Part shown: in pieces, positions 28,274 through 36,878 of the stretch | How positions within the stretch are numbered: position 1 is the stretch's first letter | Layout of the letters: every line of letters starts with the position of its first letter | Origin: Parcubacteria group bacterium | GTDB lineage: Bacteria > Patescibacteriota > Patescibacteriia > UBA2169 | Assembly (NCBI GenBank): GCA_016181765.1 | Contig: JACOYR010000001.1 | Span: forward strand, 16,847 to 80,846 | Direction of reading: 5' to 3' | DNA: 64,000 nucleotides | The notes under the pieces: generated by a model | The model's database searches: none | What the model was told of the DNA's origin: nothing | Seen by the model: the letters and a program-made list of their open reading frames with translations, nothing else | Made by a program: the position numbers and the translations under genes

Positions 28274-28516
28274 TTAGCCCTTGAGCTTGCTGATGGACCG
28301 CCCGATGCCCATGGTTACCAGAACCACAATGGCCGTGACCAGGGCTGCGTAGATGAATTTGACGGCGATCCCGTCCGGTTCGCCGAACACGTTGGCCTTT
28401 TCAAATAAATCCTGGATAGCGCTGTTCCACGCGAGTGCCGCCACCAGGCCAAAGCCCGCGGTTGCGAGGGTTGCCATGTGCTCCAGGATTTCCAATTTTA
28501 GGCGTTTTTTAGGCAT
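28274..28516 (-). CDS. Small membrane protein (80 aa, two TM helices)
   Basis: ORF with hydrophobic segments ATLATAGFGLVAALAW and IYAALVTAIVVLVTMGI. Confidence 0.5.
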   Translation of the reverse strand: MPKKRLKLEILEHMATLATAGFGLVAALAWNSAIQDLFEKANVFGEPDGIAVKFIYAALVTAIVVLVTMGIGRSISKLKG

Positions 28517-29519
28517 GGGAAAGTTTGTGGTTTTGTTTCTTTAAGGCGGCCGCGAGCTCGCTCGGCCGCAGTATGCCCGCCTGGGCGCCGATTTTACAGA
28601 TGACTGATTCGGAATTAGCAAGGCCGAGATCCAGGGCGTACGCAACATCATTCTTTGCAATCAAGCCGGCAATGAACCCGGAGAGGAGCGCATCCCCGGC
28701 GCCGGTCGGCTCCAGCGCCTTGATCCTCGGGTCAGCAGCCATGTGCAGCATCCCGCCCGCGTCCGCGTAGTAAACGCCGGCCGGCCCGTCGCTTAAAAGC
28801 ACGCGCTCGGGGCCGGCCGCGACCAGGGCCCCGAGAAGCGCTTTGGGGTTGTTGGCCGCACCCGTAAGCTCAAGCGCTTCATCCCTGTTGACGTTGAACA
28901 CAGAACAAATTTTCATAAACGGACGCACCCCGGAAAGGCCCGCTTTGAGCTGGACCGAGCCTGGGTTCCATGCCCATGAAATGTTGTGCGCTTTCGCGGT
29001 TTTTGAAATATCGCGGAGCTCATTTTTCCACGCACGCCCCGAGAGCGCGGACGTGCAGTACCATTTCGTTTTGGCGGCTGAACGCGCGGCCGGAGAAAAG
29101 TTGTTGGCCTTGGAGGCCCCCCGCTCGGTGAGCACGACCCGGTCGCGCTTCCGTGAGCCTGCAACAATGAGCGTGGAAAAGGCCGTGGGAAGCTTTGGGT
29201 CGCGCTGCACAAACCGCGTGGCTATGCCCTCGGATGCAAGCGTGCGCGCCACAACCCTGCCAGCTTCATCATTTCCCACGCGCACCATTGCCGCGGCTTT
29301 CAAGCCCATCCGGCTGAACGTGACCGCGGCGTTGGCCCCGCCCCCGCCGATGGTCCGCGCCGAAGAAACAACGTCAATCTTCGCGCCCTGCTCAAGCGCA
29401 ATCAACTTTTTGCGCTTTGGGTCAGGGTTCGGGTTCGCGATGACCGGCGCATCCGCAGGGTCCACGAACAAGAAAGTGTCGCGCACCGCGCTGCCAATAG
29501 TGATCACGTCGTACTTCAT
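28509..29519 (-). CDS. PfkB-family carbohydrate/nucleoside kinase (ribokinase-like)
   Basis: MKYDVITIGSAVRD..., GGGGANAAV, C-terminal EPTGAGDALLSGFIAG anion-hole motif. Confidence 0.75.
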   Translation of the reverse strand: MKYDVITIGSAVRDTFLFVDPADAPVIANPNPDPKRKKLIALEQGAKIDVVSSARTIGGGGANAAVTFSRMGLKAAAMVRVGNDEAGRVVARTLASEGIATRFVQRDPKLPTAFSTLIVAGSRKRDRVVLTERGASKANNFSPAARSAAKTKWYCTSALSGRAWKNELRDISKTAKAHNISWAWNPGSVQLKAGLSGVRPFMKICSVFNVNRDEALELTGAANNPKALLGALVAAGPERVLLSDGPAGVYYADAGGMLHMAADPRIKALEPTGAGDALLSGFIAGLIAKNDVAYALDLGLANSESVICKIGAQAGILRPSELAAALKKQNHKLSHA

Positions 29520-30430
29520 ACCCAGTCCTTGCGCTTGAAAATGAGGAGGAAAACGAGGATGATCCCGCCGAGCGCCCCGAAGAGCAGCCACACGAAGCTC
29601 GGGTGCCCTATGAGCGGCAACCCCTCAACGTTCATGCCGTAGAACCCGGTTAAGAGCGTCATGGGCAGGAGGGATACGGAAATTACGGTGAGAAGCTTGA
29701 TGACCTCGTTGGTGCGCTGGGAAATCAAGGACTCATTGACGTTGTGCAGGGTGTTCATGACCTCCACATTGCCCGCGGTGATTGCGTGGAGCCGGTTAAG
29801 GGTATCCTGGACGTCGTCAAAGTACAGTGACAGGTCTTTGGGGAGGTAGGGTTTGTCCGCGTGCACGAGCGAGGCGAGCGCCACGAGCTGGGGGTTTAAG
29901 ATGCGCTGCAAGCGGATGAGGTTGCGCCGGATGAGCGCAATGCGCCAGACCGTGCCCTTGCCTGTCTGCTCGCTGTAAATTTCCTCTTCAATGTCCCCCA
30001 TCTGCGTGGACATCCTCCTGATCACGCTCCAGCTCGCTTCGGTGAGCGCATCCAGGAGCTTGTACAGCAGAAACCCGGCGCCCTGGCCCATGAACTCGTG
30101 CTGGTACTCATCGTCCGCCTCAATCTGCTGGCGGATCTCGTGGATTTTTCCGGAGTCGCCCTTTGCGACCGTGATGAGGTGGCTGTTTGAGAGGAACACG
30201 TCAAGCTCAAACACGTGGATGCGCTCCTCGTCTTTGTGGTAGTGCGGGAAGTGGAAAATCGCGAACACATAGTCCTTGTAAAAGTCGGACTTGGGCTGCT
30301 GGGGGCCGGCCTGTACGTCCTCAATGTCCAGGGGGTGGAACTGAAAATCTTTTTTGAGCGCGCTTACGGTTTTCTTGTCGTTGTCCGTAAAGTGGCGCCA
30401 CGTGATGTTGTTGCGGATGATTGGTTTCAT
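29516..30430 (-). CDS. corA: Magnesium/cobalt transporter CorA
   Basis: YGMNVEG (GMN) motif followed by two C-terminal TM helices. Confidence 0.85.
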   Translation of the reverse strand: MKPIIRNNITWRHFTDNDKKTVSALKKDFQFHPLDIEDVQAGPQQPKSDFYKDYVFAIFHFPHYHKDEERIHVFELDVFLSNSHLITVAKGDSGKIHEIRQQIEADDEYQHEFMGQGAGFLLYKLLDALTEASWSVIRRMSTQMGDIEEEIYSEQTGKGTVWRIALIRRNLIRLQRILNPQLVALASLVHADKPYLPKDLSLYFDDVQDTLNRLHAITAGNVEVMNTLHNVNESLISQRTNEVIKLLTVISVSLLPMTLLTGFYGMNVEGLPLIGHPSFVWLLFGALGGIILVFLLIFKRKDWV

Positions 30431-31656
30431 GTTCTTTTTGCGCGCGCTGGCAGGGCCTGGAGCACGAGATACCCGATCAAGAAAAGGCTGAACAACCCGA
30501 GCAGGCCGACCAGGAGCTTGACCGCAAGGTTGCCCAGGTTCCAGAAGCCGATGGATATGCGCTCTGCTGCAAGACCCAGGCCTCCGGCGCCGTCGCTTAC
30601 GGACAAAGCCACCTCATACTCGCCCGCCCCGGGAAACGCGTGTTCCGCATCCATGGCCTGGGCATACGTCCCATCCCCGAAATCCCACAAATACAAGAAT
30701 GAGCCGTCTGCGCCCAGCACCTCAAATTGGTAGCGGTTCCAGGCGATTTTGCTTTTTGCGATTGAAACGTCCAAAGTGTAGTCAGCCTCGGACTGGTCCG
30801 GGAACGTGTATTCAACTTCCTCTGTTTTGTATTCGGGCGCGCCATCGGGTTCCTGCTCTGCCTGCGGCGCGGCTTCGACGCCGGAGGCGGCGGAGCCGCT
30901 TTGACCGCCAGCGTCGCGGCCGCCAGAGCCTGTCCCGAGTATTCCCGAGGGATCCACGCCGCTTGGCTCTGGAACGCTTGGCGCTGGAGCGGCCTTGATG
31001 TTCGGGTCAAACGGGGCAGGATCATCCCCGTTTGGCACCCCGTCATTGTCGTTGTCCGGGTCCGCGTTGTTGCCAATGCCGTCCTTGTCGTTATCGTATT
31101 TTTCGTTGGGATCAAGCGGGAACGCGTCAATCCCGTCGTGCGCACCATCCTGGTCCGTGTCCGCGACAAGCGGGTTTGAGCCTTTGACGCGCTCCAAGCC
31201 GTCCTCAACAGTGTCATTGTCATCATCCATGTCTATGGTGTCAAAGATGCCGTCCTTGTCCGTGTCCAAATCAACGATAAAATCAGTGATTTCAGCGGTG
31301 TTGTTTTCGGAATTCTCATCCCCTGCATCCGGATTGATGACAGATACCGCAATGTCGTAGTACCCCTCCAAGGGCCCCCAGTCCACGAACACGGTGGATT
31401 CTTTCTGGCTGAGCACGGTGATGGGCTGAACGCTCCCGACCTGGGTTTGGTTCACCTTGAACTCCACGCTCGCGCGCACGTCCTGCTGGCTTTGGTTCTT
31501 GATGGTCGCGTAGATGCGGACAATCTCCCCGGCCAGAGGCTTTGTATTGGAAAAGTAGACGTTTTCTTTGGGCACGGCCAAATCAGCCGCAGATACGGCG
31601 AGCGGAGCGAGCAGTATTAAACTCACTACTGCGATGGTCTGAACAAGCTTCAGCAT
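30427..31656 (-). CDS. Secreted, C-terminally membrane-anchored protein with CARDB-like N-domain, thrombospondin type-3 (Asp-rich calcium-binding) repeats and a PKD domain
   Basis: Signal peptide. Repeated DxDxDGxxDxxD units (DTDKDGIFDTIDMDDDNDTVED, DTDQDGAHDGID, DNDKDGIGNNADPDNDNDGVPNGDD). WDFGDGTYAQAMDAEHAFPGAGEYEVALSVSDGAG PKD motif. C-terminal TM. Confidence 0.75.
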   Translation of the reverse strand: MLKLVQTIAVVSLILLAPLAVSAADLAVPKENVYFSNTKPLAGEIVRIYATIKNQSQQDVRASVEFKVNQTQVGSVQPITVLSQKESTVFVDWGPLEGYYDIAVSVINPDAGDENSENNTAEITDFIVDLDTDKDGIFDTIDMDDDNDTVEDGLERVKGSNPLVADTDQDGAHDGIDAFPLDPNEKYDNDKDGIGNNADPDNDNDGVPNGDDPAPFDPNIKAAPAPSVPEPSGVDPSGILGTGSGGRDAGGQSGSAASGVEAAPQAEQEPDGAPEYKTEEVEYTFPDQSEADYTLDVSIAKSKIAWNRYQFEVLGADGSFLYLWDFGDGTYAQAMDAEHAFPGAGEYEVALSVSDGAGGLGLAAERISIGFWNLGNLAVKLLVGLLGLFSLFLIGYLVLQALPARAKRT

Positions 31657-31680
31657 GCAGCTAGTATACTATATTTTGGA

Positions 31681-32328
31681 TTATTGGGCAACAACGTCTT
31701 CTATGACCACAGGCTTGTTGGGCCGGTCGCGCGGATCGCGGGAAACCTTGGAAATCGCATCCACCACATCCATGCCGCTTGTGACCTGGCCGAACACCGC
31801 GTGCTTGGATGAAAGCGGCTCTTTGTCGTAATCCAGGAACGTGTTGTCAGCAATGTTGATGAAGAACTGGGAGCCCCCGGTTCCGGGTCCCGCATTTGCC
31901 ATGGAAATGGCGCCCCGCACGTTGGATGAGCCCTGGTAAAACTCGTCTTCTATGAAGTAGCCCGGGCCTCCGGTGCCGTCATTTGCCGGATCATCATCTT
32001 TTGACAAAGGGTCTCCGCCTTGGATCATGAAATCCGGAATCACGCGGTGGAACGCGACCCCATCATAGAAATCTTCTTTGGCGAGCTTGAGGAAATTGCC
32101 TGCGGTGATCGGGGCCTTGTCCATAAACAGTTCAATCGCAATGTCGCCCATGCTCGTCTTGAGGGTCGCGATTGGGTTTGCGGAAGGGGTTTCGGGCGCG
32201 CTTGATTCTGGGGCCATGGTTTCTTCTCCTTGGGGCTCATTAAATACTGATGCTTGGTCCTTTTGGCCGCACGACACCCCGAGGAGTGCAACTGCGAACA
32301 CGAGCGGGAACAATTTTGCTTTTTGCAT
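31681..32328 (-). CDS. Cyclophilin-type peptidyl-prolyl isomerase, secreted/lipoprotein
   Basis: GNFLKLAKEDFYDGVAFHRVIPDFMIQGGDP...GAISMANAGPGTGGSQFFI cyclophilin signature; N-terminal signal with Cys. Confidence 0.85.
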   Translation of the reverse strand: MQKAKLFPLVFAVALLGVSCGQKDQASVFNEPQGEETMAPESSAPETPSANPIATLKTSMGDIAIELFMDKAPITAGNFLKLAKEDFYDGVAFHRVIPDFMIQGGDPLSKDDDPANDGTGGPGYFIEDEFYQGSSNVRGAISMANAGPGTGGSQFFINIADNTFLDYDKEPLSSKHAVFGQVTSGMDVVDAISKVSRDPRDRPNKPVVIEDVVAQ

Positions 32329-32334
32329 ACGCGC

Positions 32335-32805
32335 TTAAAACTTAATTGGTATTGAAACAAGGTCCTGCTCCGAGCCGTCAAACGGGCTCTTGGAAAAGGC
32401 TTCCAGTACGCCTGAATCAGCGGCAACGTTTTCAAACAGCAGAAGCTCGCCGAACGAACCAAACCCGTCTTCCCCTGCCGCGGCCGCGGTTGCCTGCTTT
32501 TCGGCAATCACGGTTCCGCTTGCATCTTTAAGGCGCAAGTGGAGCGCGGGTGCGGAGGCCTTGGCAGAGCCTTTAACGAGCATGGGGCTTGTTATTGTTG
32601 CGTCCGGCCGGGGCTGGGTGACTCGCACGTTCCCGGAATCTGAAATAACAGGCTCGCCTTCTTCGGCTTGCGGAACATCGGCAATTATTTCCTGGCTTGA
32701 GTCCTCCTGCGGCCGACTCACCTCGGGCTCATTCGGCGCCTGCTTGTACGCGAGGCCGAGCATGGCAGCGAGCAGTATGATGGTGATGAAAATGTATTTT
32801 GCCAT
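32335..32805 (-). CDS. Secreted hypothetical protein (signal anchor plus beta-rich domain)
   Basis: 156 aa; N-terminal TM/signal, no confident family. Confidence 0.5.
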   Translation of the reverse strand: MAKYIFITIILLAAMLGLAYKQAPNEPEVSRPQEDSSQEIIADVPQAEEGEPVISDSGNVRVTQPRPDATITSPMLVKGSAKASAPALHLRLKDASGTVIAEKQATAAAAGEDGFGSFGELLLFENVAADSGVLEAFSKSPFDGSEQDLVSIPIKF

Positions 32806-32954
32806 GGGTTGATAATATCATCCGCCTTTTTAGCCGTCAAACGTATCTGAACTTATGCAATGAACGCGGTGCGCAAGATGCACGTCTCCTATGTGCAAAC
32901 TCCCGCAGAAACAACGCCTCTCGGAACTTCCACTGAAAATTCTAAAACTGCCGA

Positions 32955-33242
32955 CTAGCTTTCCTGCATGTAGTCAACGACTATAGCTATAATTTTTTGC
33001 ACCGTCTCGCTGCATGATTTAAATTGAATTCTATCTAAAACGTCATTTCCATACTTCCGCATCAAGTCGCTAATCAGCGCATGAATAAAAGACTGGGTCG
33101 CAGAATCAACGCCTTCAAAATTCAAAACAATGCTTTCTCCTTTTTCCAACGCGGGTATCAGCTGCGCAACCCTTATATTCCTGGCTAAATCCTTGTCTTC
33201 GGCAAACGAGCCGGTTTTGTCGAATAATGTAATGGTTCTCAT
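32955..33242 (-). CDS. STAS-like small protein (DUF4325-type), partner of upstream GHKL ATPase
   Basis: 95 aa; LIPALEKGESIVLNFEGVDSATQSFIHALISDL resembles STAS/anti-anti-sigma fold (DUF4325). Confidence 0.55.
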   Translation of the reverse strand: MRTITLFDKTGSFAEDKDLARNIRVAQLIPALEKGESIVLNFEGVDSATQSFIHALISDLMRKYGNDVLDRIQFKSCSETVQKIIAIVVDYMQES

Positions 33243-33245
33243 AGG

Positions 33246-34214
33246 TTATATAAATTTAGGCTTTCTGTAACGCGCTGTTTTTCTCTCTCTAATAGCCTCG
33301 CGGTATGTTTGCGAGATTAAATCCAAAAGCAGCGAAAACTCGCTCGTGGTCGCCAAAGAAATATCTATGCCAACCACCGTGCCCTCCCAATTGGGAAGAT
33401 GAACCTCGCTCGAATGACGGTCGCGCAACGGGTCAGCATACAATTTAATCTTCTTAATCTTCGACGATTGTCTCTTTAACAGTTTGTACATTGCCGTGCC
33501 GCTGTAAATCACGAAAAAATCCCGATTTACGTTAGCAATTGATTTGATAAAGAATAATCCAGCTCCGGCATTTTGTTCTGTCCCGCCTTCTTTTCTCGTC
33601 GTACCAGTAATGCCAGGAGTTAACGCAAGGCGTATTGCGTCAAGATCATCTTTTGGATTATACGCATTATTAATAGTCTTCCAGATGCCGACCCCGGTAT
33701 CGGCTATTCCGATTCGGATAGTATTGCTCTTTTGAAAATATTGCGCCGCAACAAGAGCACCGTACTGTGACAAAGAGTGCTCAAGCACATTACGCACCAA
33801 CTCGCTGATAATATACCGTATAGGTTCCGCATGTTTTGGACTAAGGTGCAAAAGAGGCGTCATCTCGGTGATAAATTTTTTCAATTCCTCGCTGGTGTTA
33901 ATTTGAGTTAAAGGTATGAATCGTCCGGCTGGTTCATGTTTTTTTATTACCATGTCCGACTGAACACCTAAAAATTTAAAAAGCCCCATGCGTTCCAAGT
34001 AGTGTTTTGACCGCGCAGTAAATTTTTCACACGTAATATATGAGGGGTCTAACTCAAGGCCAAGTGCCGCAACCATTGCCAAAACAACTGGATGAATGGA
34101 TATCCAATTCGGATTCGCGGTAATCTCAAGCTTCCCCTTGTTTGATGGGTCAAAACTCTTAAAAAAAGAATCAATATTACCCAAAAAAGCGCTATTTGGC
34201 AAATGTATCTTCAT
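33246..34214 (-). CDS. GHKL-superfamily ATPase (anti-sigma-factor/RsbW-like kinase fold) with about 120-aa N-terminal extension
   Basis: N-box ISELVRNVLEHS, G1 GIADTGVGI, G2 GTTRKEGGTEQNAGAGLFF. 4-nt spacing to downstream STAS-like gene. Confidence 0.7.
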   Translation of the reverse strand: MKIHLPNSAFLGNIDSFFKSFDPSNKGKLEITANPNWISIHPVVLAMVAALGLELDPSYITCEKFTARSKHYLERMGLFKFLGVQSDMVIKKHEPAGRFIPLTQINTSEELKKFITEMTPLLHLSPKHAEPIRYIISELVRNVLEHSLSQYGALVAAQYFQKSNTIRIGIADTGVGIWKTINNAYNPKDDLDAIRLALTPGITGTTRKEGGTEQNAGAGLFFIKSIANVNRDFFVIYSGTAMYKLLKRQSSKIKKIKLYADPLRDRHSSEVHLPNWEGTVVGIDISLATTSEFSLLLDLISQTYREAIRERKTARYRKPKFI

Positions 34215-34244
34215 AAACTCAAATTATGTTCATTTATCCAATAT

Positions 34245-34292
34245 TTTACCGGGATTTTTGATAAAAGTCAATATACCCAAATTCCCGGTAAA
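34245..34292. promoter_or_regulatory. Palindromic operator-like inverted repeat (TTTACCGGGAT-N25-ATTCCCGGTAAA) in promoter region of the GHKL/STAS operon
   Basis: 11-bp perfect arms, 31-78 nt upstream of start codon at 34214. Confidence 0.45.
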
Positions 34293-34519
34293 AATAAGGG
34301 GTTTCTGTATTTACCAACCACAGAATGAACGGTGCCACTTGTAATCTGTTGACAGAACACGAACGTTGTGATAAAGGTACCTTTGTAATCCGCACCTGGA
34401 CAACCAATCACCCCACCCTTTGCCGCAAGGAGGGCACTGTGGTCAAAACCGCGATCAGACCGTTTCCCACGTGGCGCACTCATGGCGCTCACGATCCGCT
34501 GACCCGGAAGGAGGAGAGT

Positions 34520-34948
34520 ATGTTCCGTGTTGAAAGCGCAACCTCGTACGACGGTGTGGTCCGCTTTCTTCGGGAAGAGGATGGACCTGCCGCGCTGTTG
34601 GCGAGCGAGCTCGCAATGTTCCTGGAAGAGCGCCTCGGAATGCCGGTGGAGATGGTGTACAACACAGGTTTCCATGGGAACGCACCGAGCGCTATGTGCC
34701 ATATCACGTTTCCGAGAGTCGGCCACGGAATAGCTCGGTTCCTGGTGTTTAAGAACGTTGACTACAAAAGGACGCCGGATGAGTGGCTTCCAGACACAAC
34801 CAACGCGCAGTTCTTTCGGCACATGCTCAAAGAGGCTGCGTGTTCCATCCAGCAGATGGCCCTGCCCCAGCTCCAGCGCCAGTTGGAGGGATGGACCGCG
34901 CGGGTGAGTGAAATCCTCGCGGAAACCGAACAGGCGGTTCCGGCCTGA
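34520..34948 (+). CDS. Hypothetical protein (GC-rich, 142 aa)
   Basis: GGAGGAG SD 7 nt before ATG at 34520. ORF-track 34325..34948 longer version lacks SD. Confidence 0.45.
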   Translation: MFRVESATSYDGVVRFLREEDGPAALLASELAMFLEERLGMPVEMVYNTGFHGNAPSAMCHITFPRVGHGIARFLVFKNVDYKRTPDEWLPDTTNAQFFRHMLKEAACSIQQMALPQLQRQLEGWTARVSEILAETEQAVPA

Positions 34949-35051
34949 CCGCTCCTTGGGGCGCAACAACCCCGAACCGAAGCCTCGTGCGCTCCCCGCG
35001 CCCGAGGCTTCTTTTTTTGTCCGCAATGCGCACACGTTTGCAAAGAACCCC

Positions 35052-35085
35052 ACCTTAGTCCTCCCCTTGGTAAGGGGAGGAAACC
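35052..35085 (-). repeat. Palindromic repeat family copy 2 (CCTCCCCTTGGTAAGGGGAGG variant with GACTAAGGTGGGG tail)
   Basis: Palindrome at about 35060-35080 between convergent gene ends. Confidence 0.55.
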
Positions 35086-36044
35086 TAAAAGTCGCCGATT
35101 TCCTTTTTGAAGATTTCCTCAATGGTGAACGAATCAAGGGTCCACACGAGTTTTGAATTCTCGCGGCTGATGTAGTATTCCTCGCTCGGCGCGGGCAGCT
35201 TGTCCCCCACGTACAGCGCGTCTTTTTCCCCGGTTTCAAACCCAAGCTCAATGCGGATAGTTTGCGCCTTGTCCGCCGAAGAAGAGGAGCTGCCGGTAAT
35301 GCCGGCTTGCTCTTTGGTGACATCTTCTTTGATATCAGCCGCAAATAAATCTGCCAATGACGCGAGCACAGGCCCGATCACCGCATCGGACGAATCTTTT
35401 GAAAACGGCGTTACCTGCTTCCAGCCGTCCCCGGTTTTGATCAACGAAATCTCCACCTCATTATAGCGCCAGTCAATGGACGTAACTTTGAGCGGGTCAA
35501 ATATCCACACGCGCTTGTCGCGCCAGTCCGTGCGGTTGAACACGGGCCGGATGTTTTGCGCCGCCAGATAGACGTTGTCCGAATCGGCGCGGCGGACGTA
35601 TGTGCTCAAAAAACCCGGGCCCTCTTTGCCGATAATGGCGTCTATAACCTGGGTATCCCCTTCCCACGCCTGAATCTTGACGCCCACATCATCCACCTGC
35701 AGTTCCTCGCGCTTTTCCGGATTGCGGCTCGCGAGCTCCCCGCGGGGCAGGTCAGCAAATATCTTGAGCAGGTCCGCGATGTACTCCGGATTCACGCGGT
35801 ACGCGCCCTTGTTCGCGACCACCCATTCATCATCCCGCTTTTCCAGAACATTCTCATATAATCCGTTGACCCCGAGGATGCGGATTTTATCCAGGGCATC
35901 CGCGTCCACGCGGAAAAATGTGGCATCAGAACGCGCATTTTTGTTGCCGGCCATGCCTTGATATATACCCAAGCCGACAAGAAGCACGGCGAGCACGCCG
36001 AGGAGGAAAAAAATATTTTTGAACTTGGAGATTAGCAAAGTCAT
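35085..36044 (-). CDS. DUF4340-domain protein (partner of Gld-type ABC transporters), N-terminal TM anchor
   Basis: 319 aa, TM at N-terminus. Family commonly encoded with gldA/gldF/gldG-like operons. Confidence 0.6.
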   Translation of the reverse strand: MTLLISKFKNIFFLLGVLAVLLVGLGIYQGMAGNKNARSDATFFRVDADALDKIRILGVNGLYENVLEKRDDEWVVANKGAYRVNPEYIADLLKIFADLPRGELASRNPEKREELQVDDVGVKIQAWEGDTQVIDAIIGKEGPGFLSTYVRRADSDNVYLAAQNIRPVFNRTDWRDKRVWIFDPLKVTSIDWRYNEVEISLIKTGDGWKQVTPFSKDSSDAVIGPVLASLADLFAADIKEDVTKEQAGITGSSSSSADKAQTIRIELGFETGEKDALYVGDKLPAPSEEYYISRENSKLVWTLDSFTIEEIFKKEIGDF

Positions 36045-36167
36045 ATTTTAATACGAGACGGCGTCCGTTTGAGCAATCGTTAGTATTTATATATTAACAT
36101 AGGATTTGGCATGGGACAAAATAAGGAGAAATTTTGGCTAATTTAAGCTAAAAATAATAGTTTTTCA

Positions 36168-36196
36168 TTGACAAAATATATTAGATATGTTAATAT
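36168..36196 (+). promoter_or_regulatory. Sigma70-type promoter (TTGACA-17-TAATAT) for 36341..36811
   Basis: TTGACA 36168-36173, TAATAT 36191-36196. Confidence 0.5.
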
Positions 36197-36227
36197 GTAG
36201 GCATACAAAAAGTTCTTTTTATCCTCT

Positions 36228-36274
36228 TCTGACTACTGTTTTATAGGTTAAATGCCTATAGACCAGTAGTCAGA
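36228..36274. promoter_or_regulatory. Operator-like palindrome TCTGACTACTG-N25-CAGTAGTCAGA (with inner TATAGG/CCTATA repeat) in the 5' leader/divergent promoter region
   Basis: 11-bp perfect arms 36228-36238 / 36264-36274. Confidence 0.45.
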
Positions 36275-36340
36275 AAAAAGTCATAATGGGTTGGCTAAAT
36301 GGCCGACCTAGGCAACTCACTTCATTTTTGGAGGTGAACC

Positions 36341-36811
36341 ATGGGGTTTTTTGAGGCAGTAGGAATGTTGTTGGGAGCCTTGGCGGGGTTCCTGGGGTTG
36401 AGTTTCTGGGGCGCCTTCACCAAGCGTCCCACCACTCTATTCTTCAGCCTCCTGATCATCGGGGTGCTGATCCCGATGATGACCGGGACCGTCGGCGACG
36501 GCAACTCGCCATGGATGGTCATCGCAGAGGTCATCATTTTCGGTGCCATCGGTGTCGGCATATTTGGTTCAATCATGTCGACGGGGGCCAAGGCCCGATT
36601 CCTGATGGGAGCGTCGATGATCATCACCTCAGCCTCATGCTTTTGGGGGTTCTCTGGGATGCTCCCCTCTGTCCCCCTGCAGCACCCTTACCTCCATCAG
36701 GTTATGGAGGGCCTGATCTGGGTCATCGCAACCCCGATCGGGCTGATGGGACTCTCAGAACTCATCTGCGATCATCCCTTCGGAGTCAAGGGAGCCAGGA
36801 TCGCTCACTGA
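36341..36811 (+). CDS. Hypothetical polytopic membrane protein (156 aa), inserted in opposite orientation inside the Gld-like operon
   Basis: GGAGGTGA SD 6 nt before ATG; 4-5 TM helices. Confidence 0.6.
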   Translation: MGFFEAVGMLLGALAGFLGLSFWGAFTKRPTTLFFSLLIIGVLIPMMTGTVGDGNSPWMVIAEVIIFGAIGVGIFGSIMSTGAKARFLMGASMIITSASCFWGFSGMLPSVPLQHPYLHQVMEGLIWVIATPIGLMGLSELICDHPFGVKGARIAH

Positions 36812-36837
36812 CGACAAGGAAGTCGTCATGCACTTTT

Positions 36838-36878
36838 GAGGAGGGTATCACACGGATGTGGTACCCTCGCTTTTTTTA
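36838..36878. terminator. Bidirectional intrinsic terminator (GAGGGTAC...GTACCCTC, T7 run) between convergent 36341..36811 and gldG-like gene
   Basis: Stem 36841-36848/36861-36868 followed by TTTTTTT; preceded by smaller hairpin GACGAC-aaggaa-GTCGTC. Confidence 0.6.

Noticed and set aside
30900-31300. Asp-rich periodic sequence as possible CRISPR/tandem DNA repeat
   Set aside because: Periodicity is at the protein level (thrombospondin type-3 calcium-binding repeats inside a long ORF). No direct DNA repeats with spacers.
34268-35344. 358-aa minus-strand ORF
   Set aside because: Arg/Ser/Pro-rich low-complexity product overlapping the better-supported plus-strand gene 34520..34948 (which has GGAGGAG SD) and the palindromic repeat. 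Judged spurious GC-rich frame.
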